From the IMG/VR virus record IMGVR_UViG_3300033816_001043: DNA of 64,000 nt. One strand, given 5' to 3'. The stretch's first letter is position 1, and each line of letters starts with the position of its first letter. Made by a program: the position numbers and the translations under genes. Positions 8,870 to 15,803 of the stretch are shown piece by piece. The notes under the pieces were generated by a model, which was given only the letters and a program-made list of their open reading frames with translations, made no database searches and was not told where the DNA came from. This DNA is from an uncultured virus (IMG/VR IMGVR_UViG_3300033816_001043). Taxonomy: Duplodnaviria > Heunggongvirae > Uroviricota > Caudoviricetes.

Positions 8870-8885
8870 AGTTTTTCTTTTTTTG

Positions 8886-8970
8886 TGGTGGGAATGGAGG
8901 GATTCGAACCCCCTCAGCTAATGCAAATGATTTACAGTCATCCCCGACTCTCCAGCTTCGGCGCACTCCC
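8886..8970 (-). tRNA. tRNA-Tyr(GTA), encoded CCA
   Basis: loop CTGTAAA; long variable arm. Confidence 0.9.
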
Positions 8971-8981
8971 ATTATAAATTG

Positions 8982-9056
8982 ATGCAGGAACGGGAGTCGA
9001 ACCCGTATGGTACGGCTTATGAGACCGAGCTGGAACCACTTCCAGTCCATCCTGCA
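8982..9056 (-). tRNA. tRNA-Met(CAT)
   Basis: loop CTCATAA; T arm ACGGG-TTCGACT-CCCGT. Confidence 0.85.
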
Positions 9057-9065
9057 TTGTGTTTG

Positions 9066-9137
9066 ACGCAAAGAAAGGAATCGAACCTTTTACCTTTGGG
9101 TTATGAGCCCAATGTGCAACCACTACACTTCTTTGCA
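9066..9137 (-). tRNA. tRNA-Met(CAT), initiator-like
   Basis: GGG/CCC pairs in the anticodon stem; weak 1:72 pair. Confidence 0.85.
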
Positions 9138-9145
9138 TATATTTG

Positions 9146-9217
9146 TAGCCCGTAGGGTAGTCGAAACCCTATTGCCAGAATGAAAATCTGGAGTACTAAC
9201 CATTATACGAACGGGCC
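9146..9217 (-). tRNA. tRNA-Glu(TTC)
   Basis: CCAGA-TTTTCAT-TCTGG. Confidence 0.85.
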
Positions 9218-9225
9218 ATATTTGT

Positions 9226-9302
9226 TGGCGAGCTATAGGGGATTCGAACCCCTGGTCTTCAGCGTGACAAGCTGAAATGTTAAACCCCTACACCAATAGC
9301 TC
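9226..9302 (-). tRNA. tRNA-Asp(GTC), encoded CCA
   Basis: TCAGC-TTGTCAC-GCTGA. Confidence 0.9.
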
Positions 9303-9324
9303 TTTTGTATTAATTCTTCCCTCT

Positions 9325-9336
9325 ATGTCAATGAAC
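9325..9336 (-). promoter_or_regulatory. boxA-like antitermination element GTTCATTGACAT
   Basis: identical 12-mer at 15244-15255; both lie just before the first tRNA of an array. Confidence 0.6.
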
Positions 9337-9355
9337 TTTACAAAGTTAAACAATC

Positions 9356-9835
9356 TTATCCAATTTTCCAAGCACCATAGATAACTTTTTTTCTCTGTAG
9401 TGCATCTTCTGTGTTTCCAATTACAACTCCATCTTTGATTGTGAAAGCATGACCCTTGATTGTAACAATGTAAGTTCCTTTTGAATACTTTTCCAAGAAC
9501 TTAGCTGTTGTCATATTTCTCAAAACATTTCTTCCTTTCACCTCAACCCAATATGCCATTTGAATATCTTCTCTAATTGGTGTAACACCTTTACGATTGA
9601 ACTTTATCTGTTTTGACGCAAGTGCATTCATAGTTAAACCAAAGAGTGCAGTCCCTTGTCTATTTTTTCTACCAAAAACCTCTGCCACTTTTTTGTGAGC
9701 GTAGTCGTAAGTAACTCCAAACGCTGAAGCAAAGGCTCTGACGACACAATCGTCTTTCTCACTTTGAGCTAACTTCGATTCTGCAATCCCTTTGATGGCG
9801 ACTGATGATGATATGTATGGTGTTTTCGTTTTCAT
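9356..9835 (-). CDS. hypothetical phage protein
   Basis: 159 aa; DDCVVRA and GHAF motifs; own promoter at 9840. Confidence 0.7.
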   Translation of the reverse strand: MKTKTPYISSSVAIKGIAESKLAQSEKDDCVVRAFASAFGVTYDYAHKKVAEVFGRKNRQGTALFGLTMNALASKQIKFNRKGVTPIREDIQMAYWVEVKGRNVLRNMTTAKFLEKYSKGTYIVTIKGHAFTIKDGVVIGNTEDALQRKKVIYGAWKIG

Positions 9836-9879
9836 ATTACAAAGTTACAAAACCATTTTTAATTTCCAAACTTTGTGAT

Positions 9880-9915
9880 AAAAAAAAATCCATCTTTTTT
9901 TACGAAGATGGATTT
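9880..9915 (-). terminator. intrinsic terminator/attenuator after leader peptide 1
   Basis: AAATCCATCTT-loop-AAGATGGATTT followed by a T-run. Confidence 0.8.
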
Positions 9916-9942
9916 GACATTATTAACACTCAAAACTTAAGT

Positions 9943-10014
9943 TCATACCATCTCCATCCGAGGATTTCTACCCTCAGCTCCAGTCGTTAAGTCCATATAG
10001 AGATTGCGTTTCAT
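9943..10014 (-). CDS. putative attenuator leader peptide 1 (MKRNLYMDLTTGAEGRNPRMEMV)
   Basis: 23-codon ORF between a TTGACA-N17-TATATT promoter and a terminator; composition matches the downstream tRNA array. Confidence 0.65.
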   Translation of the reverse strand: MKRNLYMDLTTGAEGRNPRMEMV

Positions 10015-10073
10015 TGAATTTCTTACTATTTTTTTATTAAATATAATGATATAACGGAAAAGTGTCAAGTATG

Positions 10074-10385
10074 TTACAAAAAAGATGAAATAATTTGTGC
10101 TACTTTATATCCTGTGAAGGCTCCCAATGCCGCAGAACCTGGTAAAACAAAGAACTTACCGAATAAACTTTCATATTTTGCCCTATTAACGATGTATGAA
10201 ATTAGGATATAATAAAGAAAGAAGTTAATCAGTACAGCAATATCGATTTCCTTGGCCATAAAGACAACAATCGAGTTTCCAAAGAACCCCCAACTGAAGT
10301 TTATTAATGTCTCCCTGATTAATTCCCAAACTGATGTATTGGCATCAGCAACCTTAATTTCCCTTGTAAATAAATTATTTTTCAT
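10074..10385 (-). CDS. membrane protein
   Basis: hydrophobic segments. Confidence 0.65.
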   Translation of the reverse strand: MKNNLFTREIKVADANTSVWELIRETLINFSWGFFGNSIVVFMAKEIDIAVLINFFLYYILISYIVNRAKYESLFGKFFVLPGSAALGAFTGYKVAQIISSFL

Positions 10386-10891
10386 CCTATAAAATCGTCA
10401 AATCCGTTGTTACTTAAAAAATCGTTATCTTCATCTATTTCTCTTATCTCGAACTCAAAACTTGATACATTACAAACTACATCTTTAGTGAATGTTTCGT
10501 GTATATAATCAAAGTCATCTGGAGATATTTGAACTTGTTCATCTTTAAATAATTTGAAAAGTTCCTTTGTATTTCTGTAAAGATTTGGGTATTGATAAGT
10601 TTTCAAAATACCATCCATTTCGAATACTTCAAATCTTTTGTAAAAATTATCGTTGTACATTAGAATATGTTCCTGAGCCCACTCATTAACAACTTGAAGA
10701 ATGAATGTCTTTAAACCCTGCATACAAGCTACTCTATAGTCCTCATATTGTTGTTCAACAGTTAAACTACCAATCTCAACATCATCAACCTCTTCTTCAT
10801 ATTTGGCAATTGTATCCAAGGCCAACATCTGTAATTCATCCCAATTTGTTTGATGTATTTTATAAAAGTTTACAACTACCATTTCTTTCAT
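10382..10891 (-). CDS. hypothetical acidic protein
   Basis: ORF with ATGA overlap. Confidence 0.65.
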   Translation of the reverse strand: MKEMVVVNFYKIHQTNWDELQMLALDTIAKYEEEVDDVEIGSLTVEQQYEDYRVACMQGLKTFILQVVNEWAQEHILMYNDNFYKRFEVFEMDGILKTYQYPNLYRNTKELFKLFKDEQVQISPDDFDYIHETFTKDVVCNVSSFEFEIREIDEDNDFLSNNGFDDFIG

Positions 10892-10911
10892 TATTAAAGT
10901 GTTATTTAATT

Positions 10912-11553
10912 TTATTCCTTCGAATCTGTATCGTAAAACATTAAGTCAGAGTCTTCGGTTGCCCATTTATTATGTCCTTCACAATTATAATAATCTAAAT
11001 TAACTAGATAATCAGGTTTCTCAGGAAAATCTTTTGTGACAAAAGAAGGTTCATTCCATCTTATTCTATTGTTGGGTTGTAAGGCAATTTGTCCATTATC
11101 TAATAAGATGATGTGATGACACTTGTGTTCCATAGGGTCTTCTGACAATGTTAAATCAGTATTCATATCACTTGAACCCCAGTTAATTGTGCCAAAATAA
11201 TTTCCATCATACCATTTCTTATCTTTCATAAAAACTGAAACCCGCATCCCATATACAAAACTAAGTTGAATGAGGGAAAAGTTATATGAAAAACAATTCC
11301 ATAATTGCAGAAAATGAAAAGACAAATCAGGATTTGGTGTCTCAGGTTTTGTCAATAGTGCATGAGATGGTAATTTGTCTCTCATTACACCATTGTTCAA
11401 TAAAACCTGAAACAAAACCGCCTGGTTTGGCATACACCGAATCGAAGTAACAATTCCTTCTGTAAACTCACCAAATCCTTTTTGGTGCTGATACATATAT
11501 TCATTTCGAACATAAACTTTAAGTGGGAAAAAATTACTTTCGATATAAGCCAT
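10912..11553 (-). CDS. hypothetical phage protein
   Basis: 213-aa ORF. Confidence 0.75.
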   Translation of the reverse strand: MAYIESNFFPLKVYVRNEYMYQHQKGFGEFTEGIVTSIRCMPNQAVLFQVLLNNGVMRDKLPSHALLTKPETPNPDLSFHFLQLWNCFSYNFSLIQLSFVYGMRVSVFMKDKKWYDGNYFGTINWGSSDMNTDLTLSEDPMEHKCHHIILLDNGQIALQPNNRIRWNEPSFVTKDFPEKPDYLVNLDYYNCEGHNKWATEDSDLMFYDTDSKE

Positions 11554-11555
11554 AA

Positions 11556-11876
11556 TTAACTTGTTGGTATGTCATTTGAGCCATACTCTCTTATTAAATA
11601 GTCGGTAAAATTTTCTACACTTTCAACATTGAACTCAACTTCTTCGTGCCAGATTTTTTTATCAACATCATCATATAACCACCAGCCAACTAAGTCCTGA
11701 ATCCATCCGAATTGTTCGTCTTGTTTTTTTCTGAGGAGGGTCGGAATACTTTTTTCAAGTTGCGGAGTGGTGTTGTTAAACTCAAGTAAATCAACTCCCA
11801 AATCATAGAGCCTATGTATCTTTTCATCGTATTCTTTTATTTTTAACAAAGTTTCGATTATGTATTCTCGTACCAT
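11556..11876 (-). CDS. hypothetical protein
   Basis: ORF. Confidence 0.6.
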   Translation of the reverse strand: MVREYIIETLLKIKEYDEKIHRLYDLGVDLLEFNNTTPQLEKSIPTLLRKKQDEQFGWIQDLVGWWLYDDVDKKIWHEEVEFNVESVENFTDYLIREYGSNDIPTS

Positions 11877-11884
11877 TATAAGTA

Positions 11885-12073
11885 TTATTTAAGTTGTTTG
11901 AAATATTTTGGAATTATTATCATACTACTGATGTAAAATGAAATAAACATCACACCATAAACTAATCCCTCGTTGAAATAGATACCCAAAACATATTTGC
12001 TAATCAATAGCTGGGGTATCATAATCAAAAAGAAAACTAAAAAAGAAAAGAACACAGTTACAAATGTTTTCAT
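11885..12073 (-). CDS. small membrane protein
   Basis: two hydrophobic segments. Confidence 0.5.
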   Translation of the reverse strand: MKTFVTVFFSFLVFFLIMIPQLLISKYVLGIYFNEGLVYGVMFISFYISSMIIIPKYFKQLK

Positions 12074-12102
12074 CTCATTTTATTTTGTGGTTAAATAATT
12101 TG

Positions 12103-12175
12103 CAGGTCCCCAAGGATTCGAACCCTGACCGGATAGGTTGGAGCTATCAATGCTAAGCCATTACACTAGAGACCC
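12103..12175 (-). tRNA. tRNA-Trp(CCA)
   Basis: GATAG-CTCCAAC-CTATC. Confidence 0.88.
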
Positions 12176-12210
12176 ATATATTTGCTTACTATTACAAAGA
12201 TAAGAAAAAA

Positions 12211-12945
12211 TTAAAACTTTTTATATTTTTTATCCCAATTTTCAATCCTTTTTAAAAGTTCTTCCATTGTTATTGATGAATTATCCTTTTTTATTGAATT
12301 ATCTGAGAATAATAATAGATTACAATTCGCAGGATGGGATATAATCTTTGGGTTAATCTTATTTCGAAAACCATCCATCACAGAATACATATGGTCTTTA
12401 CTTACCCCTTTCAAATTATTCCGTTTGTTTGTTGGTGAATACCATCCATATTGTTCAACTAAAGATAAATCAAATTCATCTTTAAAATCTTGGATGTCAA
12501 ACTTAAAAAAACAAGATGGTCTATAATACTCGTAATATGTTAATTTACAATCATTACATATTATTTTCAACTTTTCAGTTACCTCATTAATTGAACAAAT
12601 CTTACAAATCTTTTTAGTTTTAATCTTTTCCTTTCTGGGCTTGTTTTTTAAGGTCTCTGAAATCTTTTTTTTAGTTTCTTCAGTCAGTTTTCTATTTCTA
12701 TTATTATACTGTATAGCACAAGAAGATGAACAAAAGGTATTAGGTTTACTAAAATATTTTTCAAATTCCTTTTTACAATTTTTACAAACTTGATTTTCCT
12801 TGTATATAACTTTTAAATTCAATCTACCCATTTTACAATTGATAGATTTGTAAGTCGTTCCCATAATTTCAGCAATATCACCAGGTCTATAACCCTTCTC
12901 GACAAGTGAAACTAATTGTTTTATATTTTCATCATTCCATTTCAT
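12211..12945 (-). CDS. putative homing-endonuclease-like protein (HTH, Zn ribbons, NUMOD-like segment, HNH-like C-terminus)
   Basis: CxxC motifs, EETKKKISE, KDHMYS...HPANC; inserted in a tRNA array. Confidence 0.55.
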   Translation of the reverse strand: MKWNDENIKQLVSLVEKGYRPGDIAEIMGTTYKSINCKMGRLNLKVIYKENQVCKNCKKEFEKYFSKPNTFCSSSCAIQYNNRNRKLTEETKKKISETLKNKPRKEKIKTKKICKICSINEVTEKLKIICNDCKLTYYEYYRPSCFFKFDIQDFKDEFDLSLVEQYGWYSPTNKRNNLKGVSKDHMYSVMDGFRNKINPKIISHPANCNLLLFSDNSIKKDNSSITMEELLKRIENWDKKYKKF

Positions 12946-12997
12946 ATATATAAATATCTAAGAAATGAGGAAAAGTAAAGAATCGAACTTTTTTTTG

Positions 12998-13071
12998 AGG
13001 TCGGGGAGGGAATCGAACCCCCCTAAAAATGATTTTGCAGGTCATTGCCTAAACCACTCGGCCACCCGACC
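12998..13071 (-). tRNA. tRNA-Cys(GCA)
   Basis: loop CTGCAAA; U73. Confidence 0.88.
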
Positions 13072-13225
13072 TTAATATTTCTTTTTTATCCCCCAACTTC
13101 ACCCCACTCGTCAGTGGGGGAGTGGTTAGGTTGAGTCCGAACTTATACCTTGGGCTATTCGTTGGACGAAAAAGACCACAGCAAGTGAGCAGTTCTTATG
13201 GGATGCTTCGTGGTACATTTATCAG

Positions 13226-13300
13226 TACCTCCTATTGGAGTCGAACCAATGACCTTCACCTTGTAAGGATGTTGCTCTAAACCAACTGAGCTAAGGAAGT
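13226..13300 (-). tRNA. tRNA-Val(TAC)
   Basis: loop CTTACAA. Confidence 0.88.
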
Positions 13301-13307
13301 ATCGTTG

Positions 13308-13382
13308 TGACCCTGGTGGGACTCGAACCCACGCTCCCAATATTAAAAGTATTGTGCTTTAAACCAACTAAGCCACAGGGTC
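13308..13382 (-). tRNA. tRNA-Lys(TTT)
   Basis: CAATA-CTTTTAA-TATTG. Confidence 0.9.
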
Positions 13383-13383
13383 G

Positions 13384-13689
13384 TTAATCAAATCTTCTGT
13401 TAGGATTCATTCCTCTCTTATAGTTCACACACAATCTATCTTTATCATCAAAGAAAGTATTGACCATTGGTGTGCCCAATTTTATACCACAACCATCAGG
13501 TGCGAAACTACATAAACTTCTTGCACGACCATCCAAGTTTACATCTTCCAATAATCTCCACTCAATTCCTGTCTCCACATCATAAACATAATCACCATCT
13601 CTCAATACATAAAGTTGGTTGTATCTGTTTCTCATTGATTCATAAAACTTCGCTGACATAGTGTTCATTAAAATTAAAACTTTCAACAT
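13384..13689 (-). CDS. hypothetical protein (start uncertain)
   Basis: ORF between tRNAs. Confidence 0.55.
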   Translation of the reverse strand: MLKVLILMNTMSAKFYESMRNRYNQLYVLRDGDYVYDVETGIEWRLLEDVNLDGRARSLCSFAPDGCGIKLGTPMVNTFFDDKDRLCVNYKRGMNPNRRFD

Positions 13690-13712
13690 AATTCGGTTGA
13701 TTGAATGGTTAA

Positions 13713-13925
13713 CTAATCCTGTCTAATTACATTCCCAAATCTACACAAAAGATTCATATATTTTACTGTTTCCATCAAATAATTTTGATTTTTATCCATT
13801 AAAATAACAACCTCCATATCAATAATTGCTCTTACCTGAACCTCCTTGTTGTTGGGATTGTCATCACCAAAATCAATAATTAAGTTGTCACCAACTTTAA
13901 ACTCACCAATTTTTACCTTTTCCAT
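13713..13925 (-). CDS. hypothetical protein
   Basis: ORF. Confidence 0.55.
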   Translation of the reverse strand: MEKVKIGEFKVGDNLIIDFGDDNPNNKEVQVRAIIDMEVVILMDKNQNYLMETVKYMNLLCRFGNVIRQD

Positions 13926-13940
13926 AATAAATATTTTTTG

Positions 13941-14015
13941 TTGTTCCGGTGGGGCTCGAACCCACGACTTCTACGGTATCAGCATAGTACTCTAAACCAA
14001 CTGAGTTACGGAACA
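13941..14015 (-). tRNA. tRNA-Ile(GAT)
   Basis: CTATG-CTGATAC-CGTAG. Confidence 0.88.
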
Positions 14016-14022
14016 ATGTTTG

Positions 14023-14096
14023 TGGTTTCATCAGGACTCGAACCTGAAACCCCTCCGTTATGAGCGGAAAGCTCTAACCACTTGAGCTATAAAACC
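14023..14096 (-). tRNA. tRNA(CAT), probably Ile2 (lysidine) or elongator Met
   Basis: loop CTCATAA; adjacent to Ile(GAT). Confidence 0.85.
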
Positions 14097-14110
14097 TTAA
14101 AAAAAATTTG

Positions 14111-14182
14111 TATGGGTGACCGGATTTGAACCGATGACCACTAATTCCCAAAATTAGCATTCTACCTCTGAACTACACCCAT
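14111..14182 (-). tRNA. tRNA-Pro(TGG)
   Basis: CTAAT-TTTGGGA-ATTAG. Confidence 0.85.
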
Positions 14183-14352
14183 ATATTAAACAATTAAACC
14201 ATATATAATTCCACATAGAAGAACAATTAGAAAAATAAGTCCTACTAAGAATAGGTCTGAGTTTCGTTTGAAGTGAGACAAAACTAAGAATAATATTCCA
14301 ATTATCAAAAACAAAAGACCAATTAATAATAACATAATTTAATTTTTTTTTG

Positions 14353-14446
14353 CGGAGAACAGAGGTCTCGAACCCACACACCAGCTCATCACCGATGACA
14401 TCTGATTTTCAAGACCAGGCCGATACCAATTTCGGTTGACTTTTCC
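14353..14446 (-). tRNA. tRNA-Ser(TGA)
   Basis: loop CTTGAAA; long variable arm; G73. Confidence 0.8.
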
Positions 14447-14454
14447 GTATTGTT

Positions 14455-14531
14455 TGGTGGTATGATGGGACTCGAACCCACACATACATCATCCACAATG
14501 ATGTCCCTCTACCAATTGGGGTACATACCAC
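14455..14531 (-). tRNA. tRNA-His(GTG)
   Basis: CATCA-TTGTGGA-TGATG. Confidence 0.85.
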
Positions 14532-14539
14532 ATATAGTT

Positions 14540-14615
14540 TGGTGGTGATGATTGGAATCGAACCAATATTAAACGATTTTCAGTCGTTCGCCTTGACCAA
14601 CTTGGCAACATCACC
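14540..14615 (-). tRNA. tRNA-Phe(GAA), encoded CCA
   Basis: AACGA-CTGAAAA-TCGTT. Confidence 0.9.
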
Positions 14616-14924
14616 ATAAAGTTTTGAGTAAGTATCCACCACGTTTAAGGCTGGCTGTGGACAGTGCTACCTACGACCTTTCCTTACTCTTCTACAAAGT
14701 TACCATTTTTTTTTAATTTCCAAATATCTTTGTAAGTTTTTTTTAAAGTGGTCAAAATCCACCACTTTAAGTTATTACTACACAATCCATAAAATGGTAA
14801 AAACCAATTAATGTAAAACTTGAACAATAAATTATTTTAAAAAAAATTTTGAATTTTACTTGGATGTATGGTATTTGTTTTGTTTCTTTGTTAAACATTA
14901 TTTCACTACTAAAAATTTAAAATT

Positions 14925-15047
14925 ATGAACACACAATTGAGCACAACTTCAAAAATTATTGTTGGAATTATTTCTGTTGTATTATTATACAACGCTACTT
15001 ACCTACTAGGAATTGTTGTAGGTTTTTTACAAGGTATTTTGGGTTAA
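14925..15047 (+). CDS. 40-aa hydrophobic peptide (not in ORF track)
   Basis: MNTQLSTTSKIIVGIISVVLLYNATYLLGIVVGFLQGILG; A-rich leader; followed by a hairpin at 15060-15104. Confidence 0.5.
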   Translation: MNTQLSTTSKIIVGIISVVLLYNATYLLGIVVGFLQGILG

Positions 15048-15154
15048 AATTATTCTTTTAAAAGTAGAATTCGGATTTTATTTAAAAGTTCGAATTCTAC
15101 TTTTATTATCTCTATTTCATTATACCAGGTAATAAAATCCCTCACTTTAGAATG

Positions 15155-15227
15155 TTCCCCCTGATGGAATCGAACCACCATCCTCAGAATCAAAATCTGA
15201 TGTAATCAACCATTATACCAAGAGGGA
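15155..15227 (-). tRNA. tRNA-Gln(TTG)
   Basis: TCAGA-TTTTGAT-TCTGA. Confidence 0.88.
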
Positions 15228-15243
15228 GTATTATTTTACCACG

Positions 15244-15255
15244 ATGTCAATGAAC
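15244..15255 (-). promoter_or_regulatory. boxA-like element GTTCATTGACAT
   Basis: directly after the attenuator T-run; same 12-mer as 9325-9336. Confidence 0.6.
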
Positions 15256-15287
15256 AAAAAAAACCCTGAACTTTATGGTTCAGGGTT
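15256..15287 (-). terminator. intrinsic terminator/attenuator after leader peptide 2
   Basis: AACCCTGAAC-CATAAA-GTTCAGGGTT followed by a T-run. Confidence 0.8.
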
Positions 15288-15311
15288 CTACTATCAAAAA
15301 ATTATTAACAA

Positions 15312-15419
15312 TTATAATTCTATAGAATTTCCCCAACCATTACAAACACTAGGTTTTGACCAACAATTACTAAATTGTGGCTGAACCGATATGTTAATAT
15401 GTTTGAAGAAATTTTTCAT
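15312..15419 (-). CDS. putative attenuator leader peptide 2 (MKNFFKHINISVQPQFSNCWSKPSVCNGWGNSIEL)
   Basis: 35-codon ORF ending about 25 nt before the terminator; composition matches the downstream tRNA array. Confidence 0.7.
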   Translation of the reverse strand: MKNFFKHINISVQPQFSNCWSKPSVCNGWGNSIEL

Positions 15420-15463
15420 TTTTTTAGTTTGTTTATAAGTATTGCGAAATTAATAAAAAGTTT

Positions 15464-15529
15464 GGCTCAGAATGATTTTTTTCCAAAGTTGCAATTTTGT
15501 TTAGTTTGCTGAACTCATTCTTTATAACC
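15464..15529 (-). ncRNA. TROVE-associated small RNA, copy A
   Basis: AGAATGA-GTTCAGCAA...TCATTCT-G stem. Confidence 0.6.
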
Positions 15530-15535
15530 TAAATT

Positions 15536-15603
15536 GACAGGATAGTGTTTGGTCAAATTTACAAGTTTTGATGTTTAAAGATTGCTGAATCTATCCCTCG
15601 TTC
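15536..15603 (-). ncRNA. TROVE-associated small RNA, copy B
   Basis: GGATAG-ATTCAGCAA...CTATCC-TG stem. Confidence 0.6.
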
Positions 15604-15650
15604 TATATAACGTAAATATAATTAAAAAGTTTCAAAAAGAAAAGAAAATT

Positions 15651-15796
15651 GGAAAAATTGGTTTCAGTATGGGTTTTTTGTTGAAGTTTATTTCCGTGCG
15701 ATTGGAAAAATGAGTCAACAACTCAGCCTTGTGTTCGAATGATTCAATATTTGTATCTTAGTTTGCTGGAATCATACTTTATAAACCAATTTTTCC
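15651..15796 (-). ncRNA. TROVE-associated small RNA, copy C
   Basis: 14-bp outer stem; AGTATG-ATTCCAGCAA...CATACT-G. Confidence 0.6.
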
Positions 15797-15803
15797 TTTT
15801 CTC

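Noticed and set aside
8862..9138. ORFs 8862-9071 and 8938-9138 (likewise 13155-13340 and 14154-14381)
   Set aside because: They overlap clear tRNA genes and are spurious translations.
13097..13120. Hammerhead ribozyme (CTGACGA core)
   Set aside because: The motif sits in a simple hairpin loop, and I could not build the three-stem junction with GAAA.
3836..15227. tRNA-Asn or tmRNA in the arrays
   Set aside because: No GTT anticodon arm or tmRNA ends found by eye; they may lie outside the window.
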